Shown: piece after piece, positions 49,076 to 61,508 of the stretch
Position numbering within the stretch: position 1 is the stretch's first letter
Layout of the letters: every line of letters begins with the position of its first letter
Assembly: GCA_965153455.1 (NCBI GenBank)
Contig: OZ234493.1
Location: forward strand, 1,984,001-2,048,000
DNA length: 64,000 nt
DNA from: Sphagnum compactum
Taxonomy: Eukaryota
Reading direction: 5' to 3'
Program-made: the position numbers and the translations under genes
Notes under the pieces: model-generated
What the model was told of the DNA's origin: nothing
The model's input: only the letters and a program-made list of their open reading frames with translations
Databases searched by the model: none

Positions 49076-50191
49076 AACTAAATTAATTTGGCCAATTTTA
49101 TTAAACATGGTCATTCAATATGGCTAATTTGATTAAGCCATGGGCATTTTGATGGACCATTTAAAAAAAATTCTCTCCTAATTAAAGGTACAATTTAACA
49201 CTTGGTCAAAACCATCATTTTAACAAAAAAACCAAGCAAAAGAACCATGTGCCCTTCATGCCCCATGTGTTTAATCAAAACATACATCCTTTTGGTCAAT
49301 GCAGACATTTTAGTTAAGTTGAACCTTTTGAAAAACTATAATTTATTATAGTGAATCTTTTAAAATCATTGTGCAACTAAAATGAAGTTTAAGCCATTTT
49401 TATATTCATTTGCATTTCAGTTATATTGTGATGAATAAACAATTGAGAAATTCTTGTGTTTAATCATGTTGTAATATAAATAAAATTAATCTTAATCATT
49501 AACCATAAAAACAAATTGCAACATTGACCACCTATTCTTTAAACGATGAAAACCCATATATTCAAAACTAATATGTTTTGGGTAGGAACTTCATTAATAA
49601 CCTTAATCAAAGGTTCTAATTTTTCTTGCAATGAAATGATATCAAGTTGTGTTAGAATTTGACATCATCACTTCATGCACATGTTTTTTTAAATGTTAAT
49701 GCATCACACTACACATGTTGAATCTTGAATGGAATTGGATCAATATTTATTTATTATAGTTATTTTTTGGTTAAATATTTATTTTAACCTTTGGTTCTAA
49801 CATTTTTTCAAACATCAACACTCCTCCTTATTACATGTTCAATTATTAAAGAACACAAAAAAACCAAAAGTTGTGATGGATTAAGCAACTAGAGTTAAAT
49901 AACTATAATTCATCAATGTTTTTCATCTTCAATCAAACCAACCTAAAATAAGCAAAACCATAACAACATGCCTCAGCAATACCTACACAACATATCCCAA
50001 TAGTCATGGATAAAACATAATCCATATTGTCATGTAACATGTTTATATACTTGTCAAAGTCCTTAATTGTGGGATAATTCTTATATTGTTCTACCACAAT
50101 CCATCCCACTTGTTGTATTTACTTAGGTCAAATATACAATTCATAAATAAATCAGTTTTTAGACAATCAAATTCCTATAATTGCCAGTTGT

Positions 50192-50225
<34 letters not shown>

Positions 50226-50989
50226 TTATATCAAATTATAATTTCATTGTTTGGATATGCATAAAACTTGCCAGTTTGGGTTTTAAATTACCAATTTCTT
50301 CACAATAGCCCACAAAATTTAACCAAAATGGAATGGAGAAAAACACTACTTTTGTTTAAACCAAAAATGAAAAACCATAATTTCCTTTTCAAATGGAATT
50401 TGTTAAATATTAAACATAGAGAATGGCACATATGCCAAATGGTAAATAAAATCCTCTTTCCTTATAGGTCTATGGAATGAAACACATTTAAAATTTATTT
50501 ACATTCAATAAATTTCTTATTAATGATTTTTTAATTTCATAAATAGTTTTAATAACAAAAAATGAACATTAATGAATTAGGCGTAATGATTTTACCCATG
50601 GTGAAATCACACCAAGTTAAAACACTAGCTAGGGAACCCATTCCAATTTAAAAACCTTGTAGTAAAATGGGTTAATGAACTTGACCCATGTTTCCTAATA
50701 ATTTTGATTGTTTTCTTTCAATTTGAATTTTGAATGTTATCAACAACTTACACATCATCCATTCACCATGTTAATAGAAAATTCACATTGTAACTTGGGG
50801 AATAGCTATTTTACATGTTTCAACCAACATGTAAGTAAAGTATTTTTTTTGTCGAAGTAATATCCTACTATCAAGGTATTTTTTAATATCAATTTATATA
50901 TTATCTACGTAATCATCTTGTTCCACTTACTAATTGAAATAATTCAATAAAGTAAATATTTAAATGATACTGTTTTAAATACCTTATAA

Positions 50990-51690
50990 TACCCTAAACA
51001 ATTATAGGTTATTATACCTTAGATAATTTTAAATTATTCCACCTTATGTTATTTTCAACTATTTTTATTTGTTTCATTTTAAGCAATTGTAGTATAGGTT
51101 ATTTTTTGTTATTCCACCTTAGGTTATTTTAATTTATTCCAACTTAAGTTGTTTTCAATTATTATAGGTTATTTTAATATATTTTAGATTAATGCATCAT
51201 GAGTAATTTTTAAAAATTCCAACATAGGCTATTTTAAGTTGTCTTAAGGCTATTTACTTTAGGCTTATTTTTTGGTTATTTTATGTTATTCCGATTTTTT
51301 TTATTTTAATTTAATCCACCCTAAGTTATTATAAGTTATTTTACCTTAAGATATTATTGACTGTTATAAGTTATTTAAAATTATTAGGCCTCAAATTAAT
51401 TTGAGTTTTATAGACTATTTCACCTTATATTATTTTAGGTTATTATACCCAAAAATAAACTAAAATGGATTAAGGTGGAATAGGCTAGAATTTTTATAAA
51501 AAAGATAAAATAACCTAGAATACCCAACAATAGCCTAAATATAGTAGAATAATATAAGGTACATAATTTAAAACAATAATAATAAACCTAAAATAATTTC
51601 GATATAAACCTACAATTTTAAGGTATGGTATTTTAAGAACAAAGTAAGATAACGTTCATTAACCTAGGAATAGCTTAGAATAACTTTTAT
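50990..51690. repeat. AT-rich foldback-like element built from TAGGTTATT / AATAACCTA motifs
   Basis: TAGGTTATT and TAAGTTATT motifs dominate 51000-51445. The complementary AATAACCTA and TAAACCTA motifs dominate 51450-51690. Confidence 0.55.
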
Positions 51691-53132
51691 CATTAAAATA
51701 AAATAAATTTTATGACTGTTATTTCCAACAATAAATAAATTTCAATCAACACTTATGATTAAAAATCTATTAATTGAAGTCGCATCTACTGTTTAGTCAC
51801 AAATGATGATTCATCACACTGTTAGTCAATTAACATATATGATTTCATTCGTTGACCATTCATATGCAATTTGCAATTAAACCTTATTTTTGTAATTAAA
51901 ATATAGCCCATTCACATATTGTCACTTGGTGCAATCAAAATTTGTCTTTTGGCATAATTGAAAATTGCCCCATGGCATTTAAACAAATTAAAAATTAGTC
52001 TATGGTGGTAGGTGGGTGGATAAGTAAAAGGTATGTAGGTAAGTAGATAGGTAAATTGATAAATAGGTAGGTAATGTAGGTAAGTATGTTGGTAGACAAG
52101 GAGCAAGTAGGTAAATACATTTTTTAATTTAATTTTATGTTTACTTTTTTGAGTCAAGCCTTTTTATTGGTTCATCCCAAACGACGTTTTAAAAAAATGT
52201 CATTTTTGTGTTTTCAATGCTTCAAATGCACCTTTTTATATAGTCTACAAGATTGAAATGGAGGACAAAATATATGCAATAAGTTTTATAATCAAAACCT
52301 AGTTGTAAATTATATAATTAAATGTGCAAAAAAAAAATTTAATCCCAAATTAAAATTTAATCACCTTAAAAAAAAAACCTACTTACCTTGACCTTACCTA
52401 CCTACCTACTCTAAGCCTATTTTATTAACTATTTACTTACTTAATACAAACATAGTTACCTACATATTTATTTACATACCAATGTATGCACCCAACCTAT
52501 TAACTTACCTTCCTAACTTACTACCTATTAACCTAACTTACTACTTATTAATTAACCTTAATTTATTAATGAAAGTAACTTATGTCACACCTAAATTAGG
52601 CCCACCTAATTATTAACGTATAATTAAATACAATTATTACCTATTAAATATATAGTTAATTACTAATGGGTGCAAATGAAATACAATGAACCAATGGGAT
52701 TACTTTAGAAAAAACATTATATGTTGTTTTGCCCAAAATTAACTTTTTCTACGAATGAATTTTGGAACATTTTTTATGCAATTTGTTATAATAAATGCTT
52801 ATAGTTGTCTTAGTATGTGACATGTTTTTAAGTTTATCATTTTTTAATAAATATGAAAATTTGAGAGTGTGCTAATTCCTTGTAAATCCAATGTTTCATT
52901 TTTTTAAATGGTAACAATTTCAAATCATAACCAAAAATTTAGATTTTTATGTTTTCTTTTATAATAAGCCAAAAATTTTCTTAACACATCATGTTAATTA
53001 TACCCCATTTATATGTGGTAAAGGAATTTTGAAATTAAAAAAAATTGGATCAATTTTGAAAATTTATTTGAAGTTTTAAAGTTTTAAAATTCCACACATT
53101 TTAGGGTATGAGTCCTTTTTGAGTTTTGTTCA

Positions 53133-56100
53133 TATGTTTTTATCTTCTTAATTTTTTTCCCATCAAAATGTTTTTACTATGTGAGTCCTTTTGATAGTCC
53201 TTTGCAAAATTACTTTTTTCTGATGCAATAAGTGTTCACTTTCAAAGGTTTTTAATATAAATTTAAATTAAAAATTTCATCAAATGGATTTTTAATTTGA
53301 ATTCCTTGACATTCATATGAATAAAAAACAACTTGCCATGATTTCCATGGTTTTAAATAGTAAAACATTTTATTTTTTTAGTTTAGATTATTTTTCTTTA
53401 TAGTCTGACACCTTTTTTAGCTTGTTGGATTATGACTGCACCTTTATACTCTTATTTCATCATGACTTCACTTGTTTATCAAATAATTAACCTAATTTAA
53501 CTACTTACTTACGTATTCAGGTACACATTTACCTATTCATCTACTATTTATTTAACTATTTTCTTAGCCTATTTAGCCCACCCACAATATATGCAAAATG
53601 TATATTTAACATGCTTTAAACATAACATTGTTTATAAATATACCCTAATATATTTAAAAACATTGTAATGTACATCAAAAGTATAAATACACCACATATA
53701 GATAACCATGTTGGAACAACTTTTGCAACTAATTTGATATGGAGGCCTATTTGATATAGGCATTGTGATATGAATAATCCATCACAAATTTTTTATTAAA
53801 ATGTGTTAGTTGTGTGTTTGTAATAACCGTAATAATGTTATTTTGAAAATATTTCTTTGTCGATGTTTTGTGTTGTGGAATTAAAATTGTTGGTTCTAGG
53901 TGTTGACAACAAGGTTAATTTGCAAGTGAAATTGCTATTCTTTTGGATTTTCTTAAAAAAACATAAAATCAAATGCCCACCTTGGATGACTCATATCAAA
54001 TCCAAAGGTGGCCATTGTTTTTCACATAACACAAATAGAAACATGAATTTTACCTTTTATGTAATTGTTCTTTAAGCCAAAACATATGGTCTATACAATC
54101 ATTAATATCTTCTAAATTCATTATTGTAAAAACCAATACCATAACTCCAAACCTATTCAAACCAACCTACTTCTGCAACATTACTTCTTTAAAAAAATGA
54201 ATTAGGTATATTATTCAAATCATGATTATAGTACCATGAAAATAATAAATAAAAATAAAATATTATCAATAAACAAGGTTGCAAGTGGAAAATTAAACAA
54301 CAAAGAATAATAAGTAAAGAAAAATTAAATCACTTAAAGTATAACAAGGTTGATAATGAAAAATTAAAAATAATGAACCAACACAAACACAAATAGAAAT
54401 CCCTATGTTTGCGTAAGGCTACTATAAATTTAAAAAGAATGAAAAAATAAAAATAAAAATCCTTAATTTATCTGAACATGAACATGACAATTAATGGAAA
54501 TCAAAAAACAATGAAAAAAAAAGGTTGTTAACCCCACATCCCAAAAGAACATCCCATAAAAGTCTCAAGATGGGAAATTGACCTTCTAAACATTAAATTT
54601 AATCATTTCAATAAAAGAATCTAGATCATAAATAGGAAGATTTTTCATTTTGGCTTGAATGACAATGAGATAATATCCTTGAATAGTAATAAGGACAATA
54701 GGTTCAAATGATGAGGATGGTTGAAGGATGATTAGCCATGGTGGACAATGGGGGATCATGAATGGTTATCGGGGTGATGACATGTACAACAACAATATGA
54801 CTAGGATCTTGACAAAACATGCTAGGAAGGATGACATGTGCATGTGTGGACAACAATGTTTTTTCCTCCCAATGATTTGGTTGTGGACAAACAATGAGAA
54901 AGATGAAGCAAAGGGGGACATATGGGTTGGTATTGTTTTCTTTTTAAATATATTTATTTATTCAATCAAAATGATCAGCATGGACAATAAGTGGACAACA
55001 ATGGTTGTTTGGAATGATGATGGGGGTGTTTAGATGGATGAAATCAATAATTCTTTTAGGTGATAAATGATAGGTGGATGATGGGAAGGACATTAATAAC
55101 ATCATTGGGGTTGATATTGTTTCATATATATATATTCCAGTGATAAATTAACAACTAAGATGATATGTGGATGATCGAGCATTCAGATAATGCCATTGTT
55201 GATTTTTTTCTTTAGGGACGATGTACAAATGATAGGATGGTGAATGGACAATGTAGGTTGTCAATAAGGACAATGGAAGCATCAAGGTGGACACCACCAA
55301 TAAAGAACAAAATTTCTTTTGAAGCCATGGATAATTACTTGGGATGACATGGTGGACAACAAGGAATGTTGGGCAAGAAAGCAAAGGTGCCAAGGTGGAT
55401 AATGTAGAGTTCATTTTATTTTATTTTATTTCAGTAATTTAGTTATGATGGACAATTTGATGGGTATGACAAGGTGGATGATGGGGGGTGCCAAGATAAA
55501 TGCTAGGGGTGACAAGGTTAACAACAATGTTTTTTGCAACCAAATTATGAATTCTTGTTATCTTGGCATTCACCATCATCACATCCACCAATGCATTCCC
55601 TTATTCTTGTTGTTGTTCATATTTTTTGTAGTTTTTTTATGTGAATTATTCCAATGTTAGGGTGTTGTTGTTAACATTCAAATTTTTAATTATTGTTATT
55701 TGATCTTAAGTTTAAAAAGAACATTTTTTTTGGTCCTAAAATTGATTTTATGATTTAAAAAATATTTAGTTTTGGTCATTCCTTGATAAAATAAAAACCC
55801 AATCCAATTAAAAGTTAGATCAAATTTCATTTCCCTTACACACTAAACATACATCTTTTATGTAATATTAGTTTAATTTGCTCAATTGATTCACATTATT
55901 CAAAATAATGAGTATATCATTAATTATGTATAACCGTTTACTGTTTACAATTTTACGTCCGTTTGGGACCAGAGAGTCCACTAGAGGAAAGGTAGATCAT
56001 GGAGGACAGATTATCCTCTAGTACTGGCAGCATGCCACAAATTTGGCCAGGGCGACCGTGTTTGTAGTCTGCATCAGCTCAACAAGAGTGCTAGTGTGGG

Positions 56101-56725
56101 TGAGGGGCAAGGTCGAACAAAAGCGTTCCCTAACTTTCTGTGTATTAGGACAAACAAGAAGCAAGTGCTCTTCATCCTCAACCTTCCCCAAATCGCAGCC
56201 TCGACAAAGCCTTTCTGCGTATGGCACACCCTTCCACGCACCGAACACTACCTCAAGCTGCGTGTTACCACATCGAAACCGGGCCAGAGCTTTCCATAGC
56301 TAAACGCAGCTGATGTCACACAAGTAGCTTTTGCTTTCGTACAACATACCCTTGAAGCGCAAGTATCTTGTCTGCACGTTGGTCTCGATCTCGCGGTTGG
56401 TAAAGAGATTTTCAATGTAAGCCAGCCGCATATTATCCTTCACCCTTTTTACACTCAATATTGTGTGGGGAGAACCTGGAGGGGGTGGGCCCCAGCCTCT
56501 TAATTGATTGGGCTTCTTGTCGTAGATCTAGCACCAACTGGTTGCACTAGTTGTAGCGCGGCTAGCTGAGCCATCTGAACTCCCACCCATACGTTGTGCT
56601 CATTGCACCAAAGTACTTGGCTCTTCGCCCAACCTCTCACCCCTGCTAGACGGGTCGGGTGTATGTGCGTTATCGCAGGAACCGTTCCCAGTGACTGTTG
56701 AACAGTCCTTGCCTGGAGCACACGG
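53133..56725 (-). repeat. Right arm of the large inverted duplication (reverse complement of 18571-21586 joined to 28305-28923)
   Basis: Continuous reverse-complement match by eye, about 94-97% identical (for example 7 differences in the first 110 nt, mostly transitions). The junction of the two left segments is at 53751-53757. Confidence 0.95.
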
Positions 56726-57000
56726 GTCGTTGCAGGCTTAGGTGTCGTTTCCAACTACGATTGAACCGGAGGCAGAAAACTTGCCACCTCCTAGGGTTGA
56801 TTCTTGAGTAGCCATCTTTTCACGGATCTAGTCCAACAGTTTTTTTCCGCAGCAAGCATAGCGAGTTGGGCTTCCCATGCCTTGCCCAAGATGCGGTCTT
56901 TAGTGACCGCGCTCACACGGTTATAATACAACAGCGCTTGTCCCCATGCAAAGTGTTCAAAGGGGAATTTGCCAAATTCTGCCAGCACGATGGACGTGCT
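55936..57000 (-). mobile_element. 5'-truncated LINE (RTEX-like) 3' end, right copy, about 275 bp longer than the left copy
   Basis: STSIVLAEFGKFPFEHFAWGQALLYYNRVSAVTKDRILGKAW ... RLCRGCDLGKVEDEEHLLLVCP. The GTAAAC-type tail ends at 55936, and the 3' flank GGTTATACATAATTAATG is the same as in the left copy. Confidence 0.87.
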
Positions 57001-57879
57001 AGTTGCTAATTTTAACTAATTAAAATTATTGACACAAAAAATAAAAATTTAAAAATTTAAATTGTACATATTTAATTAGAAAACTTAAACTTGTTTAAAA
57101 ATCTTGGGGAGGTCATTTCCATTTTATTCCACAATGCGTTAAAAATGGTGCACCTTGTTAAAAAATAATAAATTTCAATTTAATTAAATGTAAATAAGGT
57201 GGGTATAATTAATTATTAAAATATATTTGAAAATTACCTAAAATATATCATCATTTCATAAGATATTAGAAAATGCCTTCTATTTCATGTGGTTTAAAAA
57301 ATAAACAAAAAAGTCCTCCAAGAAAAATAACACCCATGATTTAGGTTTCAAATCAATTATTTTAAAATGTCAATTGTTTAATCCACATCTAATGGTAGTT
57401 TTAGCATAACATTTACCCTCCAATTTGGATACCCTAGAACTTGATTTGGAAAGTAAACCTAAACATGCCTAAAATCAAATACTTGCTAATAATAGTCCAA
57501 ACTTTCACCTAAATGTATATACTAAAACAAAAAAAATAATTAAAAAAAGGAAATATAATTTGTTCCTACACTTTTGAATGATCATTAGAGTGAAACTTAA
57601 GGACGTCCTTCAAATGCCAATTTTAATTATTTGACTCACAAATTCAATGTTCATCGTTTTAAAAGAATGTGATAAGATTGTTGCTTTTCACTTCAAGGTT
57701 TTTTAAAATTAATAAACACAAATTAAAGGGGTCATTTCAAACATTTGAAGTATTTTCAAAATATTGGCTCCAAAAGTTTAGTCTTCATTTAATCTTTTAA
57801 TTTGTTGGGTCTAATGATATTCAACATATGGTCTTTACACTACCAATGACAATGAATTATTATTTTTCCTCTTCTTATG

Positions 57880-58610
57880 TTCACATGTATGGTTTCTAAT
57901 AGTTCATCATTATTTGTGTCAAAAAATTTCAATTTTAATTTAATTTGATTTAACATAAGTATAATGTACAATGAAAAAAATGTCAGTTTGTTTTTTCACA
58001 TCCATGTTGGTGGGTGGTGGAAAAGAGTTATGGAGTTATTAAGATAATAATACTTATTACGAGGAATGAGATAACTAGGGTTGAAAATGAAGCAAGCCTG
58101 ACTTGTATTTGGAATTATACAAGAATGATTGTACGATAGGAATTATTTTTGGAATTGTTTAGGGATGACCATATTATAAAATCCAAAATATGACCCATTT
58201 ATTATTTTTTTGAAATTTATTATGGTTGTAATAAAAATAATTGTGCGAATAATTTCAACTTGGGCTTTGTGTTGCTACACACTACTAGTGACAAAATTCC
58301 TTTTATTACGTTCCCATATGATTATTAATAATTCATCATTATTTATGTCAATGTCAAATTTAATTTTAATTAACATAAATATCATGGATATGAAAAGACA
58401 CATGTTAATTTGCCTTTTCATATCCATGTTGGTGGGTACGGAAAGGGGTGAAATAGTTAGAAGGATCTAAAAGATAGTTATTAAGAAAGAAGTGATGTAG
58501 TTATAAACATAAAAGATAGTTAATGGGAAGGAAATGAAGTAATTAAGCTTAGAAATGAGGTAGTTATGTTTGGAAATATTTTTGGAATTGTCTAGGGACA
58601 ACCATATGAA
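57880..58610. repeat. Old tandem duplication, period about 430 bp
   Basis: TTCATCATTATTT.TGTCAA, ATCCATGTTGGTGGGT and TTTTGGAATTGT.TAGGGA..ACCATAT each occur twice (about 57903/58332, 58000/58422 and 58147/58580). Confidence 0.7.
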
Positions 58611-59869
58611 GGATTATGCAAAATCAATGAGGAGTCTACAAAAGATTATAGAAGATCACCCATATACCATTTCTTCATAATTCTCGTCATTGGAATTATA
58701 AGTACAACAAAAAAATATTAAACCATAATCATTGATTTCATCAACTCCCAACAATGGTGTAAAGAAGTATATGATAATATAAGATGAAAACAAGATATAG
58801 GAAGACATGGATAAAATTGGGCACCATACATGATTTGAAGTCTTACCAAGAGTAAGTTGTAATGCTTTGAATGATGTACATCATTGAATCTTGTATTATT
58901 TTATTTTGCTATTTTGTTTGATTTGAAATATTTTTTTCTTACCTTTTGATGCAAACTTCATCCAATCATTATCAAGGTTTGAACAAATAATCATCAAGTG
59001 TTTCCAAAATTAGTGCAAGTTTCATCCATTTTCAATTAGCATAAATTGTTTTTGAAAGAATGCAATTATCATTTTCATTTTTCATCACTTTCTTAAATTA
59101 ATAAAATCAATTTCTATCTAGACGATGCAAATATCATATTCAACATTTATGAAAGTTTGAAGCAAGTGATCATCAATTGTTTTTCAAAAATAAAAATTTC
59201 ATACATTCCCAACTAAAATCAATTGTTTTCCAAAAAATGCAAATGTCATTGATTTTCATGTTTCATCATTTTTTTGATTAAGAACATTAGGTTTTGTCCA
59301 AATCATGTATTCATAATATTTGAAGCAAATGATCAGCAATTGCTTTCCCAAAGTTGTAAATAAAACCCATGGATAGGGACCTTATTTAGAGTAAAGTATC
59401 TATGCAAAGCAATAGCGAAAGGCATGCATTAAATTTTGGTATCACCCCATTCAAGGGCGTTATCGTGTGTAATGATCTGTCAACCTTTGTTTTTTGCATT
59501 TAACGACCAACAATCTATTGATTATGCAAAGAAAAAAACTACAACCCCTTACAAAATGTAAGAGCTCACCTATGCAAAATAACCTCTAGTGCTAGGAGGG
59601 AACCTTATGAATTGAAGGCACCTTCCAAATATGTTGGGAAATTTTTGCTAAGTCATTTCATACCTTTTTCATATGCTTTCAACTAGCATCAACTACTCTC
59701 CAAAAAATGCATTCTCAATCATCATTACTTTTGTCAAATGAACATCAATTTCTATCCAAATGATGCAAATCTCATGTATGCATAATATGTAAGGCTTCAA
59801 ACAAATGATCATCTAATTGTTTTGTTAAAGTACAAATTTCACCATTCTCAACTCGCATTAGAGTTTCAA

Positions 59870-60225
59870 CTCACATCAATTGCCTCTCTAAAAGATGCAA
59901 GCCTCATCCATTCTCCAAAAGTACAAATTTCAACCATTCTCAACTAGCATCAATTTCCTCTCTAAAGATGCAAAGATGCAAACATCCATTCTCCAAAAGT
60001 ACAAGTTTCAACCATTCTCAACTAGCATCAATTTCCTCTCTAAAGATGCAAAGATGCAAACACCCTTCTCCAAAAATACAAGTTTCAACCATTCTCAACT
60101 AGCATCAATTTCCTCTCTAAAGATGCAAAGATGCAAAACATCCATCCTCCAAAAGTACAAGTTTCAACCGTTCTCAACTAGCATCAAATTTCCTCTCTCA
60201 AAGATGCAAGCATCCTCCATTCTCT
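59870..60225. repeat. 78-bp minisatellite, about 4.5 units
   Basis: TTTCAACC at 59928, 60006, 60083 and 60162. Unit: TTTCAACCATTCTCAACTAGCATCAATTTCCTCTCTAAAGATGCAAAGATGCAAACATCCATTCTCCAAAAGTACAAG. More diverged relatives lie at 58950-59870. Confidence 0.93.
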
Positions 60226-61080
60226 TTGCCACATATTTTTCATTTATTTTAGTAAGTTTCAAATTGAATTTTCCAGAATTTCAACAATTGAGGAATGGAA
60301 GTTGTAGGGGAGGTCCCCGTATGACTGGGTTCTCCTTAGGGAGGGTCGCACGAGGGTGGTAGCCAAGGGCGTTCCAACCCATGGAGAACAAAAAGAGTAT
60401 GGGAACTTCTAGGTAAGTTTTGAAAAGAGAAAAATCTCTTCTTTTTCTTTTCTCCATTCTTTCCTTGTTTATTTGGAATTTTCCTGTCCCTTTTCTCCTT
60501 GTGTTTTTGAATTTTCCTGATCTATCAAAAAATCTTTCCATGGGAACATGGGAACGTAGAAATATAGGGGGGATCTCCCCCACTGCATAACTCAAGAGGG
60601 ATCTTCTGCTGGGGGAGATCCCTCAAAATACAAAGAGAAATAAGAAGAGAGGTTTTGACGTACACAAAATACATCTTGTGCTGTGCATTTGTAATAGTAA
60701 CCCAATGGTTTTTCAAATTTCAACAATTTCGAGAAAGATCAATAAGTTTTTCTCCTCTGTTTTGGCTGCACTTTTGTGAATTATTTTGTGCCTAATTACA
60801 TCGATTGTAAGAAGGTACGAGTATGTCACTTGCAATTCATAATCGAGCCAAAAAAGCAAGTTCTTTCTTTGCTTTCCTTCAGGGATATCGTCGAAAGACA
60901 ATTTTTTTTTTTAGCATTCTGCCATCAAAAGTTAGCTAAAACGATGAAATGCCGGTCGCGACTCGCAAGTTGTAACAAAGGACGCAATGGTGGACCCGCA
61001 GTGCGCAGGAAAGAATGGAAGAAAGTCAAGGAGGCAGTAATGATGCAGTGAAAAAAAACAAGGCTGGAAGGATCCTAAGT

Positions 61081-61088
61081 GGATATTC
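61081..61088 (+). promoter_or_regulatory. P1BS (PHR1-binding site, GNATATNC) upstream of GDPD
   Basis: GGATATTC fits the consensus and sits just 5' of the CpG-rich leader of a GDPD1-like gene. That family is known to be phosphate-starvation induced. Confidence 0.55.
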
Positions 61089-61508
61089 TAAGCAGCGGAT
61101 CACGGAATAATTAATAATATGCTGATGCTTACACGCGATTCTGCTCTGTGATTCGAAAATTTCTCCAGTTGTTTTTTGTGTTTTTTTGTTTTTGCATCAA
61201 TCTTCTTCTTGTGTTGTGCATGTCTCTCATCTGCGGGCTTTTTGTTCCGGTATTGGATCACTTTTGCATAGCATCATAATAGTAGCCTTGGATTCAAGGT
61301 TGGATTTGTTGGCTTGTGAGCGCGCATTTCGAATTTGTCTGTGGCGGATTAATGCTTCTCGTCGTCGTGGTGGTGGTGCCGTGATTCCGTGACCAGCGTC
61401 GACAGGAGGAGGACCAGCACCTCTGGCTTGAGCAGGCGTTGTAGCGGGAGGACGGTTGCGACGTCCGTCAAGGCAAATCTACGTTTTTTGATTGCGATCG
61501 GAGCGGGA

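Noticed and set aside
18571-56725. Inverted arms as a simple assembly duplication or as an organellar inverted repeat
   Set aside because: The arms differ by about 5% substitutions, indels, a microsatellite length change and a 6.7-kb gap. There are no plastid or mitochondrial genes.
59895-60362. 155-aa ORF with a 26-aa repeat, as a protein gene or CRISPR array
   Set aside because: It is the translation of a 78-bp tandem repeat, with frame shifts between units and no spacers or domain.
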